Below are positions 28,599 to 36,467 of a DNA stretch of 64,000 bases, one piece after another. The notes under the pieces are model-generated. The model ran no database searches and was not told the DNA's origin. It saw only the letters and a program-made list of their open reading frames with translations. The stretch spans positions 19,649-83,648 of the forward strand of contig DATARR010000045.1 of assembly GCA_036264085.1 (NCBI GenBank), in the 5' to 3' direction. The DNA comes from Thermoanaerobaculia bacterium (lineage in GTDB: Bacteria > Acidobacteriota > Thermoanaerobaculia > Multivoradales > UBA5704). Position numbers and translations under genes: made by a program. Within the stretch, counting starts at the first letter, position 1, and each line of letters opens with the position of its first letter.

Positions 28599-29881
28599 GG
28601 CAGCGGCGCTCCGATCGCCCGCTCCAGGTCGGCGAGCGCGTTCTGATAGTCGGTCCCCGCCTGCACCGCCTGGAGGCGCAGGTCGTGCACGGACTGCAGG
28701 CTCTGGAGCAGGGCCACGAGGCCGGTCTGGCCCGAGCGGTAGGAGTCCTCCGCCATGCGCTCCACCTCGGCGGCCCGCGGCAGGATCTCGTCGCGGTAGC
28801 GCAGCACCGTCTGCCGCAGGACCTCGGCGTTGGCGGCGGCGGCGGCGACCTCGCCGCGCACCCGCGCCGCTGCGGCGTCGCGCTCGGCCTGCAACCGCGC
28901 CAGCGTCGCCTCCTCCAGCCGCACCTGGGCGAGGCCGCGGTTGAAGAGGGGCAGCGTCAGGGTGAGCCCCGCGCGCCAGCCCCAGGTGAAGTCGGGAGGG
29001 GAGTAGTGGGTAACCCCGGCGGCGGCGGTCACGTCGCGCACGGTCTCGGCGCGCGCCAGCTCCACCTGCGCCCTCTGCGCGGCGATGCCGAGGTCGAGCA
29101 CGGCGAGCTCGGTGCTCGCGCCTTGAGCCAGGCGGACCGCCGCGTCCACGGGCGGCACCCGGCCGGCGTCCAGCTCGGCGCTCACGGTGACCGGGCTGTC
29201 GAGCGGCCGGGCGAGCAGCGCATTGAGATCGGCGCGGGCGCCTGTCAGGAGGCCGCGGGCCTTGTCCGCCTCGTTCGCCGTCTGGGCCGCCGTCAGCTCG
29301 GCCTGGAGGGCGTCGAGGCGGGGCACGTCGCCGGCCTCGAAGCGGGCGCGGGCGGCGTCGCGGGCGCTCTCGGCCAGGCGCTGCAGCTCCGCCGTCTCCG
29401 CCGCGCGCCGCTGCGCCGCCGAGAGGGCGAAGTAGGCGCGGCGCACCTGGTTGCGGGTGGTGGCCAGCAGGCGCGCGAGCTCCGCCTCGCCGCTCCTCGC
29501 CTGGGCCTCCGCGAGGGTGATCCGGCGCTGGCGTTTCCCCCCTCGCTCGATGGGCAGGGAGAGCGTCGCCGCGTCGCGCGGGAAGTCCCTGGCCTCCTCG
29601 ATCGCCAGCTCCGGATTGGGCCGCTGGCGCGCCACGTCCCCGCGCGCCCGCGCCTCCTCCCGGCCCAGCCGCGCCGCCGCGAGGGCCGGGTTGGCCGCGA
29701 GGGCGGTCGCCATGGCCTCGTCCAGCGATAGGGGGGCGGGTTGCGGCGCGGCCGGTTGCTGGCCGTGCAGGGCCACGGTGGACGCGAGGAGGGCGGCCAG
29801 GAGGGCGGGAATCGCGCGCGGGGTCTTCACAGGGTCGGGTTCAAGGGTCGGGATCGTAGATCCGCCTCGGGGCCGTAGCAT
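28595..29881 (-). CDS. TolC-family outer membrane efflux protein; alternative GTG start at 29830
   Basis: Two-repeat OEP architecture with long helical segments. It is the first gene of an OMF-MFP-RND operon. Confidence 0.75.
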   Translation of the reverse strand: MLRPRGGSTIPTLEPDPVKTPRAIPALLAALLASTVALHGQQPAAPQPAPLSLDEAMATALAANPALAAARLGREEARARGDVARQRPNPELAIEEARDFPRDAATLSLPIERGGKRQRRITLAEAQARSGEAELARLLATTRNQVRRAYFALSAAQRRAAETAELQRLAESARDAARARFEAGDVPRLDALQAELTAAQTANEADKARGLLTGARADLNALLARPLDSPVTVSAELDAGRVPPVDAAVRLAQGASTELAVLDLGIAAQRAQVELARAETVRDVTAAAGVTHYSPPDFTWGWRAGLTLTLPLFNRGLAQVRLEEATLARLQAERDAAAARVRGEVAAAAANAEVLRQTVLRYRDEILPRAAEVERMAEDSYRSGQTGLVALLQSLQSVHDLRLQAVQAGTDYQNALADLERAIGAPLP

Positions 29882-29980
29882 AGTGTGCTCAGCGGTTCCA
29901 AGAAAGATCGTTCGTCAGATGGGAGGTCAGAACGACCCCGGCCTGCCATTTTGGCCGGCCGGGGTCGGGTCAGGGTGAAA

Positions 29981-30403
29981 TCAGTGGCCGGGGTGATGCT
30001 CCTTCGCGGCCTCCTTTTTCTCGTCCTTCGCGGTCTCGTGGTGAACCCCGAGGACCTTGCCGGTGATCGCGTTCACGTTGACCTCCTGGATGCCCGGCTT
30101 GCCGGGCACCGCGATGTCGAAGGAGTAGATCAGCTTGCCGTGCTCCCTCTCCAGCTCCTCCGACCGCACCTCGCCGTTCGGCACCTTGGCGAGAGCGGTG
30201 GTGCGGGCCGTATCCAGGGTGATCTTGGCCTCCTTGGCCAGGTCGGCTGGAACGTCCGAGCGCACGGCGGGCTTGGTCTGGGTGGTCGTCGTGGTCTGGG
30301 TGGTCTTCGTCGTCTTGGACTGCGCGCCGGCGGCGAAAAGGCTGCCCGCGGTCAACAGCGAGCCGGCCGTGCAAGCGATCATCAGGGTGCGTTTGAGGTT
30401 CAT
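29981..30403 (-). CDS. PepSY-domain secreted protein
   Basis: Signal peptide, a Thr-rich linker, then 'ITLDTARTTALAKVPNGEVRSEELEREHGKLIYSFDI...VNVNAITGKVL' (PepSY). An AGGAAGG RBS precedes the ATG at 30403. Confidence 0.7.
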   Translation of the reverse strand: MNLKRTLMIACTAGSLLTAGSLFAAGAQSKTTKTTQTTTTTQTKPAVRSDVPADLAKEAKITLDTARTTALAKVPNGEVRSEELEREHGKLIYSFDIAVPGKPGIQEVNVNAITGKVLGVHHETAKDEKKEAAKEHHPGH

Positions 30404-30488
30404 GATGTCCTTCCTTTCGGTTGGATGTTGCACATGTCATACTCTGCAAGGGTGCTGCCACCCGCCGGCGGCACGAAGGGAGGGCTTC

Positions 30489-31319
30489 ATGAAGATCACC
30501 TGGGGTCACCGGCCGGCCGGCTTCCTGCTCGTTCTCATACTCCTGACCAGCTCCACGGTCTCCTATAGCCAGGAGGCTGAAACTACGCCGGCTCCTCCGG
30601 CGAAGGAGCCGAGCTTACCCCATCTCGTGCGCGTCGACCTGCGGGACGTGCTGGGCGCGCCGCTCTCCTGGCGCGGGCCGCAGTGGGAGCGGTTCTCCTT
30701 CGCCGTGGCGGGCATCGGCGCGGCGGCCCTGCTGGATCGGACGGTGCGCGACGCCGAGCTGCGGGATCACAACCGCGTGACGGACCAGGTGGCGAAGGAT
30801 TTCGAGAGGTTCGGTACCACCTACGCCCTCGGCGTTCTCGGCTCCTTCTACCTGGTCGGCCTCGTCCGGGACGACGCGCGGGCCCGGTCGGTGGGAGAGG
30901 ACGGCGCCATCGCCAGCCTGATCGCCGGCGGCATCGTCACCCCGGTCTTGAAAGTCGTCGTCGGCCGCAAGCGCCCGCGGGATACGGACAAGACCTTCGA
31001 CGTCAGGCCGTTCAGCGGCGCGTCGTCCTTCCCGTCGGGGCACGCGACTGAAGCCTTCGCCGTGGCCTCGGTCGTCGCGACCGAGTACGACTCCGGCTGG
31101 GTCAAGGTCGTGTCCTACGGCGCCGCGACGCTGGTCGGCTTCGCCCGCGTCCATCATCAGGCCCACTTCCTTTCAGACGTCACGGCCGGAGCGATCATCG
31201 GCACCGCGGTCGGCCGGGCGGTCGTCCACCGCAACGCCGAGGAGCGCCGGCGGCTCACCGTCGGGCCCCTTCTCGGGCCGCACGATCAGCCGGGGATGGC
31301 CGTGGTCCTCAGCTTCTGA
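30489..31319 (+). CDS. PAP2-family phosphatase
   Basis: The three PAP2 motifs are present: 'KVVVGRKRP', 'SFPSGH' and 'RVHHQAHFLSDV'. Confidence 0.8.
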   Translation: MKITWGHRPAGFLLVLILLTSSTVSYSQEAETTPAPPAKEPSLPHLVRVDLRDVLGAPLSWRGPQWERFSFAVAGIGAAALLDRTVRDAELRDHNRVTDQVAKDFERFGTTYALGVLGSFYLVGLVRDDARARSVGEDGAIASLIAGGIVTPVLKVVVGRKRPRDTDKTFDVRPFSGASSFPSGHATEAFAVASVVATEYDSGWVKVVSYGAATLVGFARVHHQAHFLSDVTAGAIIGTAVGRAVVHRNAEERRRLTVGPLLGPHDQPGMAVVLSF

Positions 31320-32067
31320 GCACCCGGGCGAGCAGCGAGACGGCGACGTCGAGGTGCCGGTCCTTGAGCGGTCCCAGGATGCGGGCGCGGCCGGCGCGGT
31401 TGGCCAGCCGCTCGTCGTAGCGGGCCTGGGGGGCGCCCTGGCGCAGACGTGCGATGAGCTGCGCGAAGTTCGCCGCCACCGAGGGTTGGAGGGCCGTGCC
31501 CAGCGACTGGTAGTTGAGGCCGGAGGCGTGGAAGACCAGGGGCGGCCGTCCGTCGCTGTAGAGCTGCAGGAAGTCGTCCCGATCCTCCGTCGTCACCTGC
31601 TCGACCGTGCGCGTCTTCTTGGTGAGCATCAGCCCGCCCGAGAGGAGGGCCCGGCCGGCGCTGAACTTCCGCTGCTCGGTGGTCTTCACCTCCGTGCGCT
31701 CCTCGAGGTGCGTGCCGCGCAGGAAGAGGTCGAGCTCGCGGTAGGGGACCTCGGCGGTCTCCCCCCGGCGCGACACCACCGTAAGCGTCTGGCCGCCAAG
31801 CGTGAAGCCGCGCACCTGAAAACGGACGGCGTTCGACTCCACGTCCTCCGGGGTGATGAGGATGGGGGCGAGGCCATTGGCGCGCAGCCGTCCGGCGGAG
31901 GCCCAGGCGGGCTCGATCTCGCCGTAGTGGGCGACGATGGTCGGGCCGCCCTGCGGATCGCCTACCCGCGCCCGCGCCTCGTAGAGCGTGCAGCCGAGGG
32001 CCTCGGCGAGGGGAGCGGCCAGGGCCTCGCCGGCTCCCGGCGCGAAATGGATGGCGAGGACGTACAT
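31309..32067 (-). CDS. Hypothetical protein
   Basis: 252-aa ORF with genome-typical codon bias and no motif I recognise. Confidence 0.5.
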   Translation of the reverse strand: MYVLAIHFAPGAGEALAAPLAEALGCTLYEARARVGDPQGGPTIVAHYGEIEPAWASAGRLRANGLAPILITPEDVESNAVRFQVRGFTLGGQTLTVVSRRGETAEVPYRELDLFLRGTHLEERTEVKTTEQRKFSAGRALLSGGLMLTKKTRTVEQVTTEDRDDFLQLYSDGRPPLVFHASGLNYQSLGTALQPSVAANFAQLIARLRQGAPQARYDERLANRAGRARILGPLKDRHLDVAVSLLARVLRS

Positions 32068-32071
32068 GGCG

Positions 32072-32677
32072 TCAATCTCCGGGGGCTCTGGGGGCGGGAG
32101 CGGCGGCCGGCTGGCTCCGCGCCATCCGGCGCTCCCGCAGGCGATGGTAGAGGAAGATGCCGCCCCCGATGAGGAGGATGAACAGCAGGGCGTACTTCTC
32201 GACCGCCGCCGCCTGGCCGAGCACCCGCTCCACGGCCCGACCGAAGAAGAACCCGAGCAGCCCGATGAGAGTGGCCCACAGGGCGCAACTGAGCGCCTGG
32301 TAGAGGAGGAACTTCCGGGGGCTCATGGCCGAGAGGCCGAAGACGATGGCCGAGGCGATCCGCAGCCCATAGAGGTACTGGGTGAGGAAGATCGCGCCGG
32401 CGCCGTGGCGTTCGACGAGCTCGAGACTGCGCGCGATCTGCCGCTCGAAGCGCGGTAGATGATGGACCAGACGGGTCCCCTGGGTGCGCCCCAGACAGAA
32501 CCAGAAGACGTGGCCGGCGTAGGCCCCGGCGGCCGCGGTGACCAGCACGGGGAGCAGCGAGAGGATGCCTCGCGAAGCGAAGAAGCCCGCCAGCACGAGG
32601 ATCGTCTCGCCCTCCAGGAAGGTGCCGGCGAAGACGGCCAGGTAGCCGTAGTGGTGGAGGAGCGCTCCCGGGTTCAT
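32072..32677 (-). CDS. DedA-family membrane protein
   Basis: '[23 protein letters not shown]' and '[23 protein letters not shown]' match the DedA/SNARE-associated family. Confidence 0.8.
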   Translation of the reverse strand: MNPGALLHHYGYLAVFAGTFLEGETILVLAGFFASRGILSLLPVLVTAAAGAYAGHVFWFCLGRTQGTRLVHHLPRFERQIARSLELVERHGAGAIFLTQYLYGLRIASAIVFGLSAMSPRKFLLYQALSCALWATLIGLLGFFFGRAVERVLGQAAAVEKYALLFILLIGGGIFLYHRLRERRMARSQPAAAPAPRAPGD

Positions 32678-33030
32678 GCCCACTCGTCCAGCAGACGCTT
32701 GAGCTCCAGCGGCTCCAGCGGTTTGACCAGGTGGAGGTCGAAACCCGCCTCGCGGGTGCGCTGGCGGTCGGATTCGCGGCCGTAGCCGGTGAGGGCGACG
32801 AGGCGAGCGTCGCACGTCGAGGGCTCGGCGCGCAGGCTGCGGGCCACGATGTAACCATCCATGCCGGGCAGGCCGATGTCGCAGAGGACCACGTCCGGCT
32901 GGAAGCTGCGGGCGACTTCGAGGCCCGCCGGCCCGGTGAGCGCGACCTCGGTCTCGTGTCCGAACAGCCCCAGCAGATCGCTGAGCGTCTCGGCGGCGTC
33001 GCGGTTGTCTTCGATGACGAGGACTTTCAG
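32674..33030 (-). CDS. Single-domain response-regulator receiver (CheY-like) with a non-canonical or frameshifted start
   Basis: '[16 protein letters not shown]...[16 protein letters not shown]...LVALTGYG...LVKP' is a complete receiver. The only in-frame start upstream of the domain is CTG at 33030. An ATG at 33062 is in the +1 frame. Confidence 0.7.
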   Translation of the reverse strand: MKVLVIEDNRDAAETLSDLLGLFGHETEVALTGPAGLEVARSFQPDVVLCDIGLPGMDGYIVARSLRAEPSTCDARLVALTGYGRESDRQRTREAGFDLHLVKPLEPLELKRLLDEWA

Positions 33031-33099
33031 GCTGCTCCCTCCGGTTCGTCCGGGTCTGACATATTCTTATAGAACGTTCTCGATTCACCGGAGGAGACG

Positions 33100-35343
33100 T
33101 TGAAGCTCGTTTCGCCCTGGCTCGTCCTGATCCTCATCCTCGCGTCGTTGCTGGCTTTCGTCGTGCCGTGCCACGCCGCCGTGCCCACCGCCCAGCGCAC
33201 GGCTCTCGTCGCCCTCTACAATGCCACGGGCGGACCCGGCTGGGCGAGCCGCGACGGCTGGCTCGGCAAACCCGGCACCGAGTGCTCCTGGGCGGGGGTG
33301 ACCTGCGACGCCGCCGCGACCACGGTCCTCCAGCTCTCCCTCAGCAACAACGGCCTTGCCGGCAGCCTGCCGGCGGCCCTCGGCAATCTCGCCGGCCTCC
33401 AGTCGCTGGAGGCGGAAAGCAATTCTCTCACCGGAGCGCTCCCCCGCGAGCTCGGCCGCCTCGCCAATCTTCGTACCCTCCGCCTCGGCCTCAACCAGCT
33501 CTCCGGCCCGCTGCCCTCCGAGCTGGCCGGTCTGGCCCTGCTGGAGACCCTCTCGCTGCCGTTCAACCACCTCTCCGGACCGCTGTCCCCGACGCTCGGC
33601 AATCTCGTCCGGCTGCAAATCCTGGACCTGTCAGCGAACCAGTTGACCGGCGCGGTGCCGCCGCAGCTCGGCAACCTGGGGTCGCTCACCTATCTGGACC
33701 TCTCGGGCAACGGCCTCTCCGGCGCCATCCCCCCCGACCTGGGGCGCCTCGCCGGTCTCCAGACCCTCTATCTCGGAGGGAATCAGCTCGCGGGCGCCAT
33801 CCCCCCGGAGTTGGGCAACCTTGCCGCCCTGGAGCAGCTCGGCCTGGCGGACGACCAGCTCACCGGCCGCATCCCGCCGGAGCTGGGGAAGCTCGCGAGC
33901 CTGATGTTCCTCAACCTGCAGCGCAACCAGCTCGCGGGCACGGTGCCGCCCGAGCTGGGGAACGCCACCACGCTCGTCGGCGTGCTGCTGAGCGGGAACC
34001 GGCTGGCCGGCACCATCCCGGGCACGCTCGATCACCTGACGAGCCTCGAGACCCTGTGGCTGGACCACAACCGCTTCACCGGTCCCGTCCCCTTCGAGCT
34101 GGGAGCCATCCCCAGCCTCGACGACAATGGCGGGCTCGACCTGCGCAACAACGCTCTGGCGACCGACACCGAGCCCGGCCTCCTCGGCGACCTCAACGCC
34201 AAGCAGGCCGGGGGCGACTGGGTCAGCTCCCAGGCGGCGACGGCGCCGTTCGATCCGGGCGTGACGCTCGCCGGGCTCGCCGACCGGCGGCCGGGGAAAT
34301 TCGTGCTCTGGACCCTCGACGTGGGAGCCGGGGCGCCGCCCCTCACGCTCTCCACTTCCGGCGGCACGGGAGACGTCGACCTCTACGTCCGCTTCGGCGC
34401 GCCGCCCACCACCGCGCAGTGGGACGCCTCCTCGGCCACCGCCGGCAACACGGAGTCGGTGACGGTCGCCGCGCCCCGGCAGGGGACGTACTACATCGGC
34501 CTCTACGGTCGTTCGCCATACAAGGGGGTGACGCTGCAGACGGGGGGACCGGCGGGCTGCTTCCCCGGCGGCACGAGCCTCTGTCTCGCTGACCACCGCT
34601 TCAAGGTGGAGGCGGCCTGGCGCACCGCGGACGGCCGTACCGGCGCGGGCCAGGCCGTGGCGCTCACCGGGGACACGGGCTACTTCTGGTTCTTCGCCGC
34701 CAGCAACGTCGAGGCCGTGGTCAAGGTGCTCGACGCCTGCACCTTCAACCAGCGCTTCTGGGTTTTCGCCGGCGGCCTGACCGACGTGCAGGTGGACCTC
34801 ACGGTGACCGATACCGCGACCGGCGCCGTCCGCACCTGGCGCAACCCACAGGGCTCGGCCTTCCAGCCCATCCAGGACACCGCGGCCTTCGCCACCTGCG
34901 GTACGACGTCGAGCACGGCACCGGCGGAAGAGACGGCGAGCCTCGCCAACAAGACGGCCGAGGATCTCGCGCGGATCGCCAGCGCCGCGGGCACCTGCGC
35001 CGCCGGCCCCACGAGCCTCTGCCTCTCCGGCAACCGTTTCCGCGTGGACGTCGTCTGGAAGACCGCGAACGGCCAGACCGGCGCCGGCCAGGCCGTGCCG
35101 CTGACCGCCGACACCGGCTACTATTGGTTTTTCGGCGCCAGCAACGTGGAGATGGTGCTCAAGGTGCTCGACGCCTGCACCTTCAACCAGCGCTTCTGGG
35201 TCTACGCCGGCGGCCTCACCGACGTCGAGACCACCATTACGGTGACGGATACGATGACCGGAGCGGTGAAGACCTACGTCAATCCCCAGGGGACGTCCTT
35301 CCGGCCGATCCAGGACTCGTCGGCGTTCGCGACGTGTCCGTGA
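33100..35343 (+). CDS. Secreted plant-type LRR protein with a PPC-like domain and two C-terminal repeat domains
   Basis: Signal peptide. Cap 'ALVALYNATGGPGW...CSWAGVTC'. Eleven exact 24-residue 'LxxLxLxxNxLxGxIPxxLGxL' units. 'GDVDLYVRFG...GTYYIGLYG' is pre-peptidase C-terminal-like. Two paralogous domains of about 115 aa end in 'AFATC'. Confidence 0.8.
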   Translation: MKLVSPWLVLILILASLLAFVVPCHAAVPTAQRTALVALYNATGGPGWASRDGWLGKPGTECSWAGVTCDAAATTVLQLSLSNNGLAGSLPAALGNLAGLQSLEAESNSLTGALPRELGRLANLRTLRLGLNQLSGPLPSELAGLALLETLSLPFNHLSGPLSPTLGNLVRLQILDLSANQLTGAVPPQLGNLGSLTYLDLSGNGLSGAIPPDLGRLAGLQTLYLGGNQLAGAIPPELGNLAALEQLGLADDQLTGRIPPELGKLASLMFLNLQRNQLAGTVPPELGNATTLVGVLLSGNRLAGTIPGTLDHLTSLETLWLDHNRFTGPVPFELGAIPSLDDNGGLDLRNNALATDTEPGLLGDLNAKQAGGDWVSSQAATAPFDPGVTLAGLADRRPGKFVLWTLDVGAGAPPLTLSTSGGTGDVDLYVRFGAPPTTAQWDASSATAGNTESVTVAAPRQGTYYIGLYGRSPYKGVTLQTGGPAGCFPGGTSLCLADHRFKVEAAWRTADGRTGAGQAVALTGDTGYFWFFAASNVEAVVKVLDACTFNQRFWVFAGGLTDVQVDLTVTDTATGAVRTWRNPQGSAFQPIQDTAAFATCGTTSSTAPAEETASLANKTAEDLARIASAAGTCAAGPTSLCLSGNRFRVDVVWKTANGQTGAGQAVPLTADTGYYWFFGASNVEMVLKVLDACTFNQRFWVYAGGLTDVETTITVTDTMTGAVKTYVNPQGTSFRPIQDSSAFATCP

Positions 35344-35393
35344 GGAGGGAAGCATCCCCCCGGCCCTCATTCCGTCGACCCGCTCTCCTCTGT

Positions 35394-35440
35394 GTCCGTG
35401 CCTGTCCTTGCCGTCCGTGCCCGTCCGTGAGCCGCGTCCG
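35394..35440 (+). repeat. Four to five GTCC(G/T)TG heptamers at about 10-bp spacing
   Basis: GTCCGTG at 35394, GTCCTTG at 35404, GTCCGTG at 35413 and 35423, and GTCCG at 35436. Confidence 0.7.
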
Positions 35441-35486
35441 ATCAACGTTGTCCTAGAGGGTGTCTGGAAGAGTGTTCTTTCTTAAC

Positions 35487-35524
35487 GTAGAGACGCCCAT
35501 GGGGAACCCCACGGGCGTCTCTAC
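35487..35524. terminator. Near-perfect 38-nt palindrome (GTAGAGACGCCC...GGGCGTCTCTAC) between convergent genes; likely a bidirectional terminator
   Basis: 12-bp perfect stem at 35487-35498 / 35513-35524. An inner GGGG/CCCC stem follows. No U-tract is present. Confidence 0.5.
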
Positions 35525-35599
35525 ATTGGGACCGCGCCGAGCCGCTTGATCCGAGTTGCGAATCACCGCATCCACGAATGCAGTGCCTTCACCTGCGAA

Positions 35600-35785
35600 T
35601 CAGCACGCGTCGGTGTCGCAGGGGCTGACGGTGAAGCTGGGATCGCAGGGCGTTTCCGCGGTCAGACAATCGCCGGTCATACAATCGGTCGAATGCACCG
35701 CGCCCACCGCCTCTTTGAGCTCCGCCGCCGCGAGTCTCCGCACGGTCTCTCTGGCCAACGACAGCCTCTTCGCCTTCTTCTTCAT
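35600..35785 (-). CDS. Putative RiPP precursor peptide (Lys-rich leader plus a Cys/Ser/Thr/Asp-rich core)
   Basis: 61 aa: 'MKKKAKRLSLARETVRRLAAAELKEAVGA|VHSTDCMTGDCLTAETPCDPSFTVSPCDTDAC'. A GGGAGGA RBS lies 5 nt upstream. It is divergent from lanA1. Confidence 0.55.
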   Translation of the reverse strand: MKKKAKRLSLARETVRRLAAAELKEAVGAVHSTDCMTGDCLTAETPCDPSFTVSPCDTDAC

Positions 35786-35922
35786 CGAGTCCTCCCGTCT
35801 GATGGAGCGCTGAGTCTACCACCTGCGGGGCACGGTCTCCCCGGCGAGGCGCACCCTATAGAGTAGGAGCTATGCTCCGCCGTGCTCCATGGGGGAGCGC
35901 CGGCTCGCCAGGAGACCTGACC

Positions 35923-36132
35923 ATGAACAAGATCGACGTCATCCGCGCCTGGAAGGACCCCGTCTACCGCGCCGGCCTGAGCCGCGAGGAGATCGCCAGG
36001 CTGCCGGGCCACCCGTCCGGCCTCCTGGAGATCAGCGAGGAAGAGCTCAAGTCGGCCTCGGGAGCCCTCATCACCACCGCCAGGGGCTGCACCATGAATT
36101 CCTTCGGCGGTTGGCGATCCTGCTGCCCGTAG
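35923..36132 (+). CDS. lanA1: Class II lanthipeptide precursor, mersacidin-type leader
   Basis: 69 aa with a GGAGA RBS. The leader 'IDVIRAWKDPVYRAGLS...LPGHPSGLLEISEEELKSASGA' matches the mersacidin MrsA 'IIRSWKDPFSR...NPAG' signature. Core: 'LITTARGCTMNSFGGWRSCCP'. Confidence 0.8.
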   Translation: MNKIDVIRAWKDPVYRAGLSREEIARLPGHPSGLLEISEEELKSASGALITTARGCTMNSFGGWRSCCP

Positions 36133-36188
36133 TAGCATGGCCATGCGACCGGCGCGTCCCGCCGGGAGCCGCTCGAAAGGAGCTTGAC

Positions 36189-36401
36189 ATGAACCGAGTC
36201 GACGTCGTGCGCGCCTGGAAAGACCCCCTCTACCGCGCCAGCCTCAGCGCCGAGGAGCGGGACCGCCTCCCCGGCCATCCGGCCGGCCTCATGGAGGTGG
36301 AGGACGAGCTGCTCAAATCGGTGGCCGCGGGGGCGCTGACCACCGCGCAAAGGTGCACCGAGGCCAGCTTCAACAACTTCCGGAGCTGCTGCCCGAAGTA
36401 G
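36189..36401 (+). CDS. lanA2: Class II lanthipeptide precursor, paralogue of lanA1
   Basis: 70 aa with an AAGGAG RBS. Leader: 'VDVVRAWKDPLYRASLS...LPGHPAGLMEVEDELLKSVAAGA'. Core: 'LTTAQRCTEASFNNFRSCCPK'. Confidence 0.8.
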   Translation: MNRVDVVRAWKDPLYRASLSAEERDRLPGHPAGLMEVEDELLKSVAAGALTTAQRCTEASFNNFRSCCPK

Positions 36402-36467
36402 CCGTTCCCAAGCCCGGCCCAGCGGGCCGGGCTTCCTCTCCCCGGAGCCTCCCGGGAGCCGCCGCAG

